A stretch of DNA of 11,030 nt from positions 1 to 11,030 of the forward strand of contig CAXTTL010000165.1 in assembly GCA_964247135.1 (NCBI GenBank), written 5' to 3'. Position numbers and translations under genes: made by a program. Positions 1 to 7,843 of this stretch are shown here, piece after piece (the first letter of the stretch is position 1; each line of letters opens with the position of its first letter). This stretch comes from an uncultured Deinococcales bacterium (GTDB taxonomy: Bacteria > Deinococcota > Deinococci > Deinococcales > JAAFIG01). The notes under the pieces are model-generated. The model made no database searches, was not told the origin of the DNA, and was given only the letters and a program-made list of their open reading frames with translations.

Positions 1-678
1 ATGGGCTTGTTGATGGGATTATTGAACGGCTATCTGGTTTACCGCTTCAAAGTCCCATCACTCATTGTCACCATCGGTACGCAGTACATGTTCTCTGGTT
101 TTCTGAAAGCCTTCATCGGCAGCCGTCACATCATGGACATCCCAAAAGGTTTGGATGCGGCTGGCACAACCGCACTGATTCAAGCCACCACCTCTGATGG
201 TGCTCGAGTTTCAATCTCGATTCAAGTTTTGGTCTTGATTCTGGCAATTGTCGTGACTTGGTTTATTCTCAACCGCACCCTGATGGGACGCGCGGTTTAT
301 GCCGTCGGCGGCAGCATCCCAATTGCCGAACGCCTCGGGTTTAGCGTGCGCACCGTGATCTTGTTTGTCTTTGGTTACGCGGGTCTGCTGGCGGGTTTGG
401 GCGGGATTCTGCACGGCGCCCTCAACCGTCAAGCCAACCCGTCGGATTTGGTCGGTTCGGAACTCAATGTGATTGCCGCCGTGGTGCTCGGTGGTGCGAG
501 AATTACGGGCGGTACGGGAACGGTGCTTGGAACAATGCTTGGCGTGATCTTGATTGAACTCTTGACCAACAACCTCATCCTGATGGGCGTGCCTTCGACC
601 TGGCAAAAAGTCGTGATTGGCACAATTATTCTGCTTGCCAGCGCCGCCTTCGCACGTCGCGGCAAGACTTTGAGTTAA
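1..678 (+). CDS. Sugar-type ABC transporter permease (RbsC-like, BPD_transp_2 family), C-terminal part; probably begins upstream of the window
   Basis: Hydrophobic multi-TM ORF with family motifs 'VPSLIVTIGT', 'GRAVYAVGG' and 'ELNVIAAVVLGGARITGGTGTVLGTMLG'. At 225 aa it is shorter than a typical permease of this family and starts in a mid-protein TM motif, so the ATG at 1 is probably internal. Stop TAA at 676-678. Confidence 0.9.
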   Translation: MGLLMGLLNGYLVYRFKVPSLIVTIGTQYMFSGFLKAFIGSRHIMDIPKGLDAAGTTALIQATTSDGARVSISIQVLVLILAIVVTWFILNRTLMGRAVYAVGGSIPIAERLGFSVRTVILFVFGYAGLLAGLGGILHGALNRQANPSDLVGSELNVIAAVVLGGARITGGTGTVLGTMLGVILIELLTNNLILMGVPSTWQKVVIGTIILLASAAFARRGKTLS

Positions 679-706
679 ACTCGAGCAAAGCAGGTCGGGG
701 GACGCC

Positions 707-1957
707 GTGGATTACTTTATTTTGAACGCCCAAACCGTGATCGATTACGTGCGTTCAAAACCCGAAGCGAGTGATTTGATTGATACCAGCGCCAAACTCG
801 AGGCTGAAGAGTTGAGCGACGGCAACCTCAATTTTGTTTTTCGCGTGTTTGAAGCTGGCAATCCCCAAAAAAGTATTTTGGTCAAACAGGGCGTGCCGTA
901 CTTGCGCGTGGCGGGCGAATCGTGGCGGCTCTCCCCTGCCCGCGCGGGATTTGAAGCTCGCGCCCTAAACCTCGAGCATCGGTTCGCGCCAGGGTTTGTA
1001 CCTGTGCCGTACTGGTTTGACGAAACCATGTTTGTCAATGCGATGGAAGATTTACGCGCTCATGAGGTCATGCGAAAACCGATGGTCAACCGCGTGAGGT
1101 TTAAAAACTTGGGCGCAACGATTGGTAATTTTCTGGCAAGAACCTTGTTTGGCACGTCCGATTTTGGCATGGAAGCCAAGCAGAAAAAAATCTTGATGAC
1201 CCAGTTCGCCAACACCGAACTGTGCGAGATCACCGAAGATTTGATTTTCACCGAACCGTTCGAGGCTGTGCTGCTCGAGCGAAAAGTCAATCGCAATCAA
1301 TTTGACCCTGGGATCAAACCTGCGCTCGAGAGACTGCAAGCCGATCTCGAGCTGAAGGAAAAAGTTGCCAAACTGAAATACCATTTTATGACTTGTTCGC
1401 AAGCGTTATTGCACGGCGATTTGCACACGGGTTCGATCATGGCGAGCCAGCCCGATGAAAACCACCACGCCGAGATTCGCGTAATCGACCCAGAATTTGC
1501 CTTCTTTGGACCAATCGGTTTTGATGTTGGTTTGTTCGTGGCAAATTTGTTTTTGAACGCCAGTGCCCAGCACGGTCACGCACCCGATCAAAACTCGAGG
1601 GATGCCTACCGCAGTTATTTGTTCCAGCAATACCGTTTTTGTTGGGAATCTTTCGAGCTTGGCTTCAGGGCGCAACTCGAGCATTCCAACAGCATTTCTT
1701 GGCGTTCAAAAGACTTTCAAAACGATTTGATGCTCGAGGTTTTGCGTGACACGGCAGGTTTTGCGGGTTGTGAGATGATTCGGCGCAGCGTTGGATTCGC
1801 GCATGTGTTTGACGTGGACAGCATTGCGGACGAGCAAAAACGCGTTAAGGTACTCGAGATGAATTTAGAAATTGGAACGAGACTCATTAAAAACCATCAT
1901 CACCTCTCGGGTTTTGCCACACTTGAGAACATCGTGCGGGAAGTGATTGAAGCGTGA
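707..1957 (+). CDS. mtnK: S-methyl-5-thioribose kinase (may also act on 5-deoxyribose)
   Basis: Motifs 'DGNLNFVFRV', 'KQGVPYLRVAGESW', 'ITEDLIFTEPF', 'LLHGDLHTGSI', 'IDPEFAFFGPIGFDVG' and 'EMIRR'. GTG start preceded by GGGGGA (697-702). Adjacent to mtnA. Confidence 0.93.
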   Translation: MDYFILNAQTVIDYVRSKPEASDLIDTSAKLEAEELSDGNLNFVFRVFEAGNPQKSILVKQGVPYLRVAGESWRLSPARAGFEARALNLEHRFAPGFVPVPYWFDETMFVNAMEDLRAHEVMRKPMVNRVRFKNLGATIGNFLARTLFGTSDFGMEAKQKKILMTQFANTELCEITEDLIFTEPFEAVLLERKVNRNQFDPGIKPALERLQADLELKEKVAKLKYHFMTCSQALLHGDLHTGSIMASQPDENHHAEIRVIDPEFAFFGPIGFDVGLFVANLFLNASAQHGHAPDQNSRDAYRSYLFQQYRFCWESFELGFRAQLEHSNSISWRSKDFQNDLMLEVLRDTAGFAGCEMIRRSVGFAHVFDVDSIADEQKRVKVLEMNLEIGTRLIKNHHHLSGFATLENIVREVIEA

Positions 1958-3012
1958 CCAAAGCCCAACCAACCGTGGTTTTTGAAAATCAAACCGTGTT
2001 TTTGCTCGACCAGACTCTGTTGCCGCTCGAACGCGTGATGATCACAATTCCAGACGCGCCAACCATGTGGGAAGCCATTAAAGTGTTGCGGGTTCGCGGT
2101 GCGCCAGCGATTGGTGTGGCGGCGGCTTTTGGTTTGTGGCTCGGCGTTAAGAATCTTCCTGAGAACACAACTCGAGCCGTATTTCTCGAGAAACTGATTG
2201 AGACTCGAGATTATTTGGCAACATCCAGACCAACCGCCGTCAACTTGTTTTGGGCGTTGGACCGCGTGATGCAACGCCTTCAAGCCACAAGTTTAAAAAC
2301 CTCGAGCGACCTGAAAAATGCGGTTCTCGCGGAAGCGCTCGCCATCAAAACCTCCGAAGAACGCACCTCGGACTTGATTGGTCAACACGGCGTACCGCTG
2401 CTGGCTGGCGTCTCGAGCATCCTGACGCACTGCAACGCGGGCAGCCTGGCGACCACGGGCATTGGCACGGCACTCGCGCCGATTTACGCGGCGGCGGCGT
2501 TGGGACAGGTCATTCACGTGTATGCCGACGAAACCCGTCCGCTTTTGCAAGGCGCACGTCTGACGGCATGGGAATTGCAACAGGCGGGTTTGCCTGTGAC
2601 CGTGATTACCGACAACATGGCAGCAGGAGTCATGCGCGACAAGAACATCGGTGCGGTGATCGTCGGTTGTGATCGCGTCGCCGCCAACGGTGATTTCGCC
2701 AATAAGATCGGCACGTATGGTGTGGCGATTTTGGCGAAAGAACACAACATTCCGTTTTATGTCGCCGCGCCGTTCAGCACCATCGATTTTGCCACGCCCG
2801 ACGGCTCGAGCATCGAAATTGAACAACGTCACGCCGATGAAGTCTCGAGTTTTGGTTTGCGCCGTACCGCGCCCGAAGGTGTGAACATTTTCAATCCAGC
2901 GTTCGATGTCACGCCCGCCAAATACGTGACCGCCTTCATTACCGACCGTGGCGTGATTCGTGCGCCGTACCTTGAGAATTTGAAAGCAACCAATGCAAAA
3001 CCGTTGGAATGA
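1954..3012 (+). CDS. mtnA: S-methyl-5-thioribose-1-phosphate isomerase
   Basis: Motifs 'LDQTLLP', 'VRGAPAIG', 'SRPTAVNL', 'THCNAGSLAT', 'DETRPLLQGARLTAWEL', 'ANKIGTY' and 'NPAFDVTP'. GTGA start/stop overlap with mtnK suggests translational coupling. Confidence 0.95.
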   Translation: MTKAQPTVVFENQTVFLLDQTLLPLERVMITIPDAPTMWEAIKVLRVRGAPAIGVAAAFGLWLGVKNLPENTTRAVFLEKLIETRDYLATSRPTAVNLFWALDRVMQRLQATSLKTSSDLKNAVLAEALAIKTSEERTSDLIGQHGVPLLAGVSSILTHCNAGSLATTGIGTALAPIYAAAALGQVIHVYADETRPLLQGARLTAWELQQAGLPVTVITDNMAAGVMRDKNIGAVIVGCDRVAANGDFANKIGTYGVAILAKEHNIPFYVAAPFSTIDFATPDGSSIEIEQRHADEVSSFGLRRTAPEGVNIFNPAFDVTPAKYVTAFITDRGVIRAPYLENLKATNAKPLE

Positions 3013-4948
3013 AACCCACGCCGCGCAATGCCAAAACGAACTCGAGCTTCGGGCGTACTCGTCGCGCTTGTTGGGTGAGGACTCGAGTTTGGTGCTGGCA
3101 GGTGGCGGCAATACTTCGGTCAAACTGAGCGCTGAAAATACTTTCGGTGAAACGCTCGAGGTGCTTTGGGTGAAAGGCAGCGGAGGTTCACTCAAAACCA
3201 TCACACCCGCAGGTTTTGCGCCCGTCAATCTTCAATACCTGCAAAAACTCGCAAACCTCGAGACACTTTCCGACACCGACATGATGCGCGAATTTCGTTT
3301 GGCACTGCTCGAGCCTGACGCGCCGTTTCCCAGCGTTGAAACGATTTTGCACGCGATCCTGCCACACAAATGGGTCGATCACACGCACGCCGATGCGCTC
3401 GTGACGATCATGAACACACCTTCTGGTGAGACTCGCGTGCGCGAGATTTACGGAAATTCGGTGATTGTTGTGCCGTATGTGATGCCAGGTTTTGGGCTGG
3501 CAAAGGCTTGCAAAACAGCTTACGAACAACAAAACTCGAGCGAAACAATCGGTATGATTTTACTGAATCACGGTTTGTTTACTTGGGGCGACACGGCAAA
3601 AGAAAGTTATGACCACATGATCGACTTGGTTTCTCGAGCCGAATATTATCTCGAGCAGCACAACGCTTGGGAGATTCCAAATTTGCAACTCGAGCCAAAA
3701 TCTTCAACGCGAATTCAAATCGCGCAACTTCGACATGACGTTTCAAGTGCAGCAAACCGCCCAATGATCGTGAGTAAACTCGAGCAAGATTACGGGTTTT
3801 CAAAGCGCGAAAATCTCGAGGATGTGGCATTGCGCGGCGTGGCAACCGTCGATCATGCTTCTTGGATCAAGCCCAAACCGATGCTTGGGCGCGATGTTCA
3901 AGCTTTTGTTGAAGCCTACAAAAACTATTTTGAAACGCATTCCAAAGCTCGAGAAATAATGCTTGATCCCGCACCTCGAGTCGTGATTGACCCCGAGCTT
4001 GGCGTCTTGACGGCTGGAAAAACCTTGAAAGACGCTCAAACTTCAGGCGCGATTTTTGAGCACACGATTCAGATGATCGAACGTGCCGAAAAACTCGAGC
4101 GCTGGCAACCACTAAGAGAAGAGAAACTGTTTGAATTTGAATACTGGGCGTTGCAGCAAACCAAATTCAAGCGTTCCTCGAGTTTGCCAGAATTTGCGGG
4201 TGAGGTGATGCTTGTGACGGGTGCAGCCTCGGGAATCGGCAAAGCCTGCGCCGAAATCTTTATGGCTCAAGGGGCGGCGGTGGTTGGGCTGGACTTGAAC
4301 CCAGCCGTGAAAACTGTTTTTAGTAATCCTGAATTTTGGGGCATTCAATGTGATGTCACCCTCGAGCATTCCCTGCAAGACGCCCTCGAGCAAACCGTAC
4401 AGCGTTTTGGCGGGTTGGACATGCTGGTGCTGAATGCTGGAATTTTCCCACCCAGCCAGCCAATTGCCAACCTCGATCTCGAGACTTGGCAACGCACCAT
4501 GCGCGTGAACCTGGACGCGAACCTGAGCTTGATGCGCGAGGCATACCCGCTGCTCAAACTCGCGCCGAATGGTGGGCGCGTGGTCGTGATCGCCTCCAAG
4601 AACGTGCCAGCCCCAGGACCAGGGGCGGCAGCCTACAGTGCCTCCAAAGCCGCGCTGACCCAACTTGCCAGGGTTGCTGCCCTCGAGTGGGGAGAAGACG
4701 GCATACGGGTCAACGTGCTGCATCCGAACGCGGTGTTTGACACTGGAATCTGGACGGAGGAGATTCTCGAGAAACGCGCCAAAAGTTACGGGTTGAGCGT
4801 GCAAGAATACAAAACCAACAACATTCTAAAAACCGAAGTCTCGAGTTTTGATGTTGCGAGACTTGCCGCAAGCATGTGCGGGAGTGCGTTTGCGAAAACC
4901 ACGGGTTCTCAAGTGCCGATAGATGGCGGGAATGATCGGGTGATTTAG
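2993..4948 (+). CDS. Bifunctional class II aldolase / short-chain dehydrogenase (rhamnulose-1-P aldolase-SDR fusion family, YuxG/RhaEW-like)
   Basis: N-terminal aldolase motifs 'GGGNTSVK', 'KGSG', 'PSVETILH' and metal-ligand His in 'DHTHAD' and 'NHG'. C-terminal SDR motifs 'TGAASGIG', 'NAG' and 'YSASK'; the Asp in 'GLDLN' suggests NAD(H) preference. Overlaps the mtnA end by 20 nt. Confidence 0.9.
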   Translation: MQNRWNETHAAQCQNELELRAYSSRLLGEDSSLVLAGGGNTSVKLSAENTFGETLEVLWVKGSGGSLKTITPAGFAPVNLQYLQKLANLETLSDTDMMREFRLALLEPDAPFPSVETILHAILPHKWVDHTHADALVTIMNTPSGETRVREIYGNSVIVVPYVMPGFGLAKACKTAYEQQNSSETIGMILLNHGLFTWGDTAKESYDHMIDLVSRAEYYLEQHNAWEIPNLQLEPKSSTRIQIAQLRHDVSSAANRPMIVSKLEQDYGFSKRENLEDVALRGVATVDHASWIKPKPMLGRDVQAFVEAYKNYFETHSKAREIMLDPAPRVVIDPELGVLTAGKTLKDAQTSGAIFEHTIQMIERAEKLERWQPLREEKLFEFEYWALQQTKFKRSSSLPEFAGEVMLVTGAASGIGKACAEIFMAQGAAVVGLDLNPAVKTVFSNPEFWGIQCDVTLEHSLQDALEQTVQRFGGLDMLVLNAGIFPPSQPIANLDLETWQRTMRVNLDANLSLMREAYPLLKLAPNGGRVVVIASKNVPAPGPGAAAYSASKAALTQLARVAALEWGEDGIRVNVLHPNAVFDTGIWTEEILEKRAKSYGLSVQEYKTNNILKTEVSSFDVARLAASMCGSAFAKTTGSQVPIDGGNDRVI

Positions 4949-4988
4949 GATTTCAAATCGCGCCAGAACCAAAATTTGTCCTCTTGTG

Positions 4989-5438
4989 TCAACCAGTATG
5001 TTTTACAAATATCACCGAATAATAGCCAAGTACAATTGACATAACCAATCCCATTGGTAAAGAAATGAAAAATACTAAAATCACTCCATAATCAAAGCCC
5101 TCCACAAATGTTTGCTGGAACTGCAAAGGTAAGTTCCAAATCAACATTCCTAAAAGTATGCCCCAAATAAAAATTCCTCGAATAGATTTTTTAAACCAGT
5201 CTTGAAAATTTTGTGGCGGAAATGATCCATCAAAAAACATCCAGAATCCACCGATTAGACCAAATGGAACGAACCAACACAGATAAAGAATCCTGTCTTC
5301 ACGGCTGAGATGTAACAACGAATTCCAACTAAAATTAATAGAAGATGTCCAAACAGTAAAAAAAAGAATCGGCATCAAAGCCAGCATTAAACCCAAAATG
5401 ACTGCTGCAATGTAATGCTTACCTGGCAGGATTTTCAC
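4989..5438 (-). CDS. Hypothetical integral membrane protein (about 4 TM helices), low GC
   Basis: 149-aa ORF with four hydrophobic stretches. GTG start with GGAG a few nt upstream on the - strand. Sampled 60-nt lines are 32-33% GC. No recognisable family. Confidence 0.7.
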   Translation of the reverse strand: MKILPGKHYIAAVILGLMLALMPILFFTVWTSSINFSWNSLLHLSREDRILYLCWFVPFGLIGGFWMFFDGSFPPQNFQDWFKKSIRGIFIWGILLGMLIWNLPLQFQQTFVEGFDYGVILVFFISLPMGLVMSIVLGYYSVIFVKHTG

Positions 5439-5476
5439 AAATCTCCGATCATTTTTCGTATATCAATGTCATGTTT

Positions 5477-5539
5477 TCATTTCTTAAACCGTAAATCCTC
5501 CCAAGGTACGCCATCCACAAACACTTCTGGCTCGAGCAT
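5477..5539 (-). pseudogene. Diverged remnant of the 3' end of an aldo-keto reductase gene (reads MLEPEVFVDGVPWEDLRFKK*)
   Basis: 5477-5536 aligns without gaps to 6763-6822 at 48/60 nt. 16 of 19 aa match the AKR C-terminus LEPERFANGVPWEDLRFKK*, and the stop codon is in the same position. Confidence 0.85.
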
Positions 5540-5599
5540 ATTGGCACATCCAAGATTCTACACGCCCATTCCATTTAAGGTATTTTGAAACCTCGAGTT

Positions 5600-5617
5600 A
5601 TCTCATACACATGAGAT
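5600..5617. promoter_or_regulatory. Inverted repeat ATCTCAT-N4-ATGAGAT, candidate operator in a divergent intergenic region
   Basis: Perfect 7-bp arms read directly from the sequence. Function is inferred only from position. Confidence 0.3.
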
Positions 5618-5740
5618 CAATATAAAGCGTACTTAATCCTTTTAGCGTGCTTGACGGCATCCAAACAATGCTTGGCGTTCGTATATTCCCATGAAGCGCT
5701 TTTCAACCGACTGTGGCCACAGCCGACTTCTGGAGGTCTT

Positions 5741-6613
5741 ATGAACATCAATCGCAATATGAACCGTCGCCAGGCTTTACAAAATCTAGGATTGGTTGGC
5801 GCTGGGGCGGCACTCGCCGCCTGCGCAATGCCTGTAGTCGCCGAAATGCCAAACATTGACGTTGACGTGCTTAACTTTGCCCTAAACCTCGAGTATCTTG
5901 AGGCTGAGTTTTACCTTCAAGCCGCGTTTGGGCGGAGCTTGAGCGCTGCCGATTCGGGCGGAGGTCCTGCGCCGATTGGTGGTCGCAAGGTGACTTTCGC
6001 CAGCGATGCCGTGCGGCAGTACGCCGAAGAGATTGCCATTGACGAAGAGAACCACGTGAAATTCTTGCGCTCGGCACTCGGTACGGCTGCCGTTCCCCGT
6101 CCGCAGCTCGACATTGGACCAGCGTTCGCGGCTGCCGCGAATGCTGCATTTGCCACAACTTTAAATCCTGCGTTTGATCCTTACGCCAACGATTTGTTCT
6201 TTTTGCACGGCGCTTTCATTTTCGAGGACGTGGGTGTCACGGCTTACAAGGGCGCGGCGCGTTTGATCACCAACAAGGATTACCTCGAGGCTGCCGCCGG
6301 TATTTTGGCGGTCGAGGCGTATCACGCTGGGGAAATTCGCACGCAGTTGTACGCGCAAAAAGATGTCGTGGTGAAGGCTTACGGCGTCACCGTTGAAACG
6401 ATTGTCAAAAAGATTTCTGACCTTCGCGCCTCGGTTGGCGGCGGCAAAGATCAGGGCATCAATGACGGTGGCAAGAGCAATATTGTGGTGACCGATGCCA
6501 ACTCGATTGCCTTCAGCCGCAGCACCGATGAAGTTTTGAGAATCGTAACTTTGGGAGGTGCTGGCAACAAAGGTGGTTTCTTTCCTGAAGGCTTGAAGGG
6601 CGTCATCAAGTAA
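5741..6613 (+). CDS. Ferritin-like domain protein (Ferritin_2 family; desiccation-related pcC13-62 / DR_B0118-like) with twin-arginine and lipobox signal
   Basis: Start moved from 5651 to the ATG at 5741, which follows GGAGG (5732-5736). Signal sequence 'MNRRQALQNLGLVGAGAALAAC'. Di-metal four-helix motifs 'LNFALNLEYLEAEFY', 'DEENHV', 'FEDVGVTAYKGAA' and 'LAVEAYHAG'. Confidence 0.88.
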   Translation: MNINRNMNRRQALQNLGLVGAGAALAACAMPVVAEMPNIDVDVLNFALNLEYLEAEFYLQAAFGRSLSAADSGGGPAPIGGRKVTFASDAVRQYAEEIAIDEENHVKFLRSALGTAAVPRPQLDIGPAFAAAANAAFATTLNPAFDPYANDLFFLHGAFIFEDVGVTAYKGAARLITNKDYLEAAAGILAVEAYHAGEIRTQLYAQKDVVVKAYGVTVETIVKKISDLRASVGGGKDQGINDGGKSNIVVTDANSIAFSRSTDEVLRIVTLGGAGNKGGFFPEGLKGVIK

Positions 6614-6671
6614 ACCCACTGTAAAGAAAAAGACAATGAAATTGGGCTTCCATCCGAATTTCAAAAACCAA

Positions 6672-6707
6672 ATTCCAGCGAAACGGCTTAAACCGTTTCG
6701 CTGGAAT
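6672..6707. terminator. Perfect 15-bp stem-loop between convergent genes; probable terminator, possibly bidirectional
   Basis: ATTCCAGCGAAACGG-cttaaa-CCGTTTCGCTGGAAT. A T-rich tail follows on the - strand; there is no clear U-tract on the + strand. Confidence 0.75.
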
Positions 6708-6762
6708 CCATTCGATGTCGGGTCACACTTTGGCGTCGGAGAATCCCGATGGCTTGAGCGAC

Positions 6763-7836
6763 TTATTTTTTAAACCGTAAATCTTCCCAGGGCACACCGT
6801 TTGCAAACCGTTCTGGCTCGAGGGTTTTGGCGCGTGGGTCTTCGGCTTGGTCGAGTTGCAAGACCATCCATTTTGGATACGGCGTTCCAGGGTCGGACGC
6901 GGCGTTTAACTGCGCAAAATCCTGGCTCGAGAGTTTCAAATCAATGGCTTTAATGTTGTCCTCGAGTTGCTCATGGGTGCGTGCGGCAATAATCACGCTC
7001 GAGATATTTGGTTGCCTGACCGTCCAAGCCAGTGCCACCCGAGCCACACTGACATTGTGACGGGCTGCAACTTCGCGCAAGGCTGCCAGGATGGGTGCGC
7101 CGCGATCCCAGTCGAAGGGCACAAACTGTCCAGCCTCAGCAAACCGAGTGCCATTGCCTGCATCGCTCGAGCGCGAATATTTGCCACTCAAATAACCACC
7201 AGCCAGCGGACTCCAGACCAGAATGCCCATGCCCGAGTGTTTGGCGAACGACATCCAATCATGCTCAAGGTCACGCCCGACCATTGAGTAATACAGTTGC
7301 GCGGTGACAAAAGGCTCGAGGTTCAGGCTTTTTTGGGTTGCCAATGCGGTGGCGGCTTGCCAAGCGTGGTAATTGCTGAGTCCCACATGGCGCACCATGC
7401 CGCGCCTCACCAGGTCGTCCAGGGTTCGCAAGGTTTCCTCGAGCGGCGTGTACGAATCCCAACCGTGAACTTGATACAGGTCAAGGTAATCGGTTTGCAG
7501 GCGTTTCAGACTGCTTTCCACACCGCGCATGATGTTGACCCTGGTTGCGCCAGAACGGTTGATGTTGTCGCTCATCGGCAAACGGAATTTGGTGGCGAGC
7601 ACGATCTCCTCGCGGATGCCTTTGAGCGCCACGCCAAGTTGCGTCTCAGATTCGCCCCTCGAGTAGACGTCGGCGGTGTCAATCAAATTGATGCCGTGCT
7701 CGAGCGCGAATTTCACCATGTTGGTGGTGGCGGTTTGGTCAAGTTTGCCCATGTTCATGGCTTGTCCAAACTGCATGGTGCCCAGTGAGAGTGCGCTGAC
7801 GACCAAACCAGAATTGCCGAGCTTGCGGTATTCCAT
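6763..7836 (-). CDS. Aldo-keto reductase (Tas / aryl-alcohol dehydrogenase-like)
   Basis: Motifs 'MEYRKLGNSGLVVSALSLGTM', catalytic tetrad in 'DTADVY', 'ATKF' and 'YQVH', plus 'GLSN' and 'WSPLAGGYLSGKY'. RBS GAGGTG at 7842-7847 on the - strand. Confidence 0.93.
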   Translation of the reverse strand: MEYRKLGNSGLVVSALSLGTMQFGQAMNMGKLDQTATTNMVKFALEHGINLIDTADVYSRGESETQLGVALKGIREEIVLATKFRLPMSDNINRSGATRVNIMRGVESSLKRLQTDYLDLYQVHGWDSYTPLEETLRTLDDLVRRGMVRHVGLSNYHAWQAATALATQKSLNLEPFVTAQLYYSMVGRDLEHDWMSFAKHSGMGILVWSPLAGGYLSGKYSRSSDAGNGTRFAEAGQFVPFDWDRGAPILAALREVAARHNVSVARVALAWTVRQPNISSVIIAARTHEQLEDNIKAIDLKLSSQDFAQLNAASDPGTPYPKWMVLQLDQAEDPRAKTLEPERFANGVPWEDLRFKK

Positions 7837-7843
7837 GCGTTCA

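Noticed and set aside
4330-4760. Higher-GC stretch in the SDR domain as evidence of recent fusion
   Set aside because: The region is Ala/Gly-rich, CTCGAG is still present, and the fusion is a known family. The signal is too weak without GC3 analysis.
2993-4948. Calling the fusion a rhamnose catabolic gene, or calling it mtnB
   Set aside because: No rhamnose isomerase or kinase is present in the window, and MtnB is a much shorter single-domain protein. The substrate cannot be fixed from sequence alone.
5651-5740. Longer TTG start for the ferritin-like ORF
   Set aside because: GGAGG precedes the ATG at 5741, and the signal peptide is N-terminal only from that start (or from the ATG at 5759).
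4949-6762. Autonomous mobile element
   Set aside because: No transposase, integrase, terminal inverted repeats or exact target-site duplication were found.
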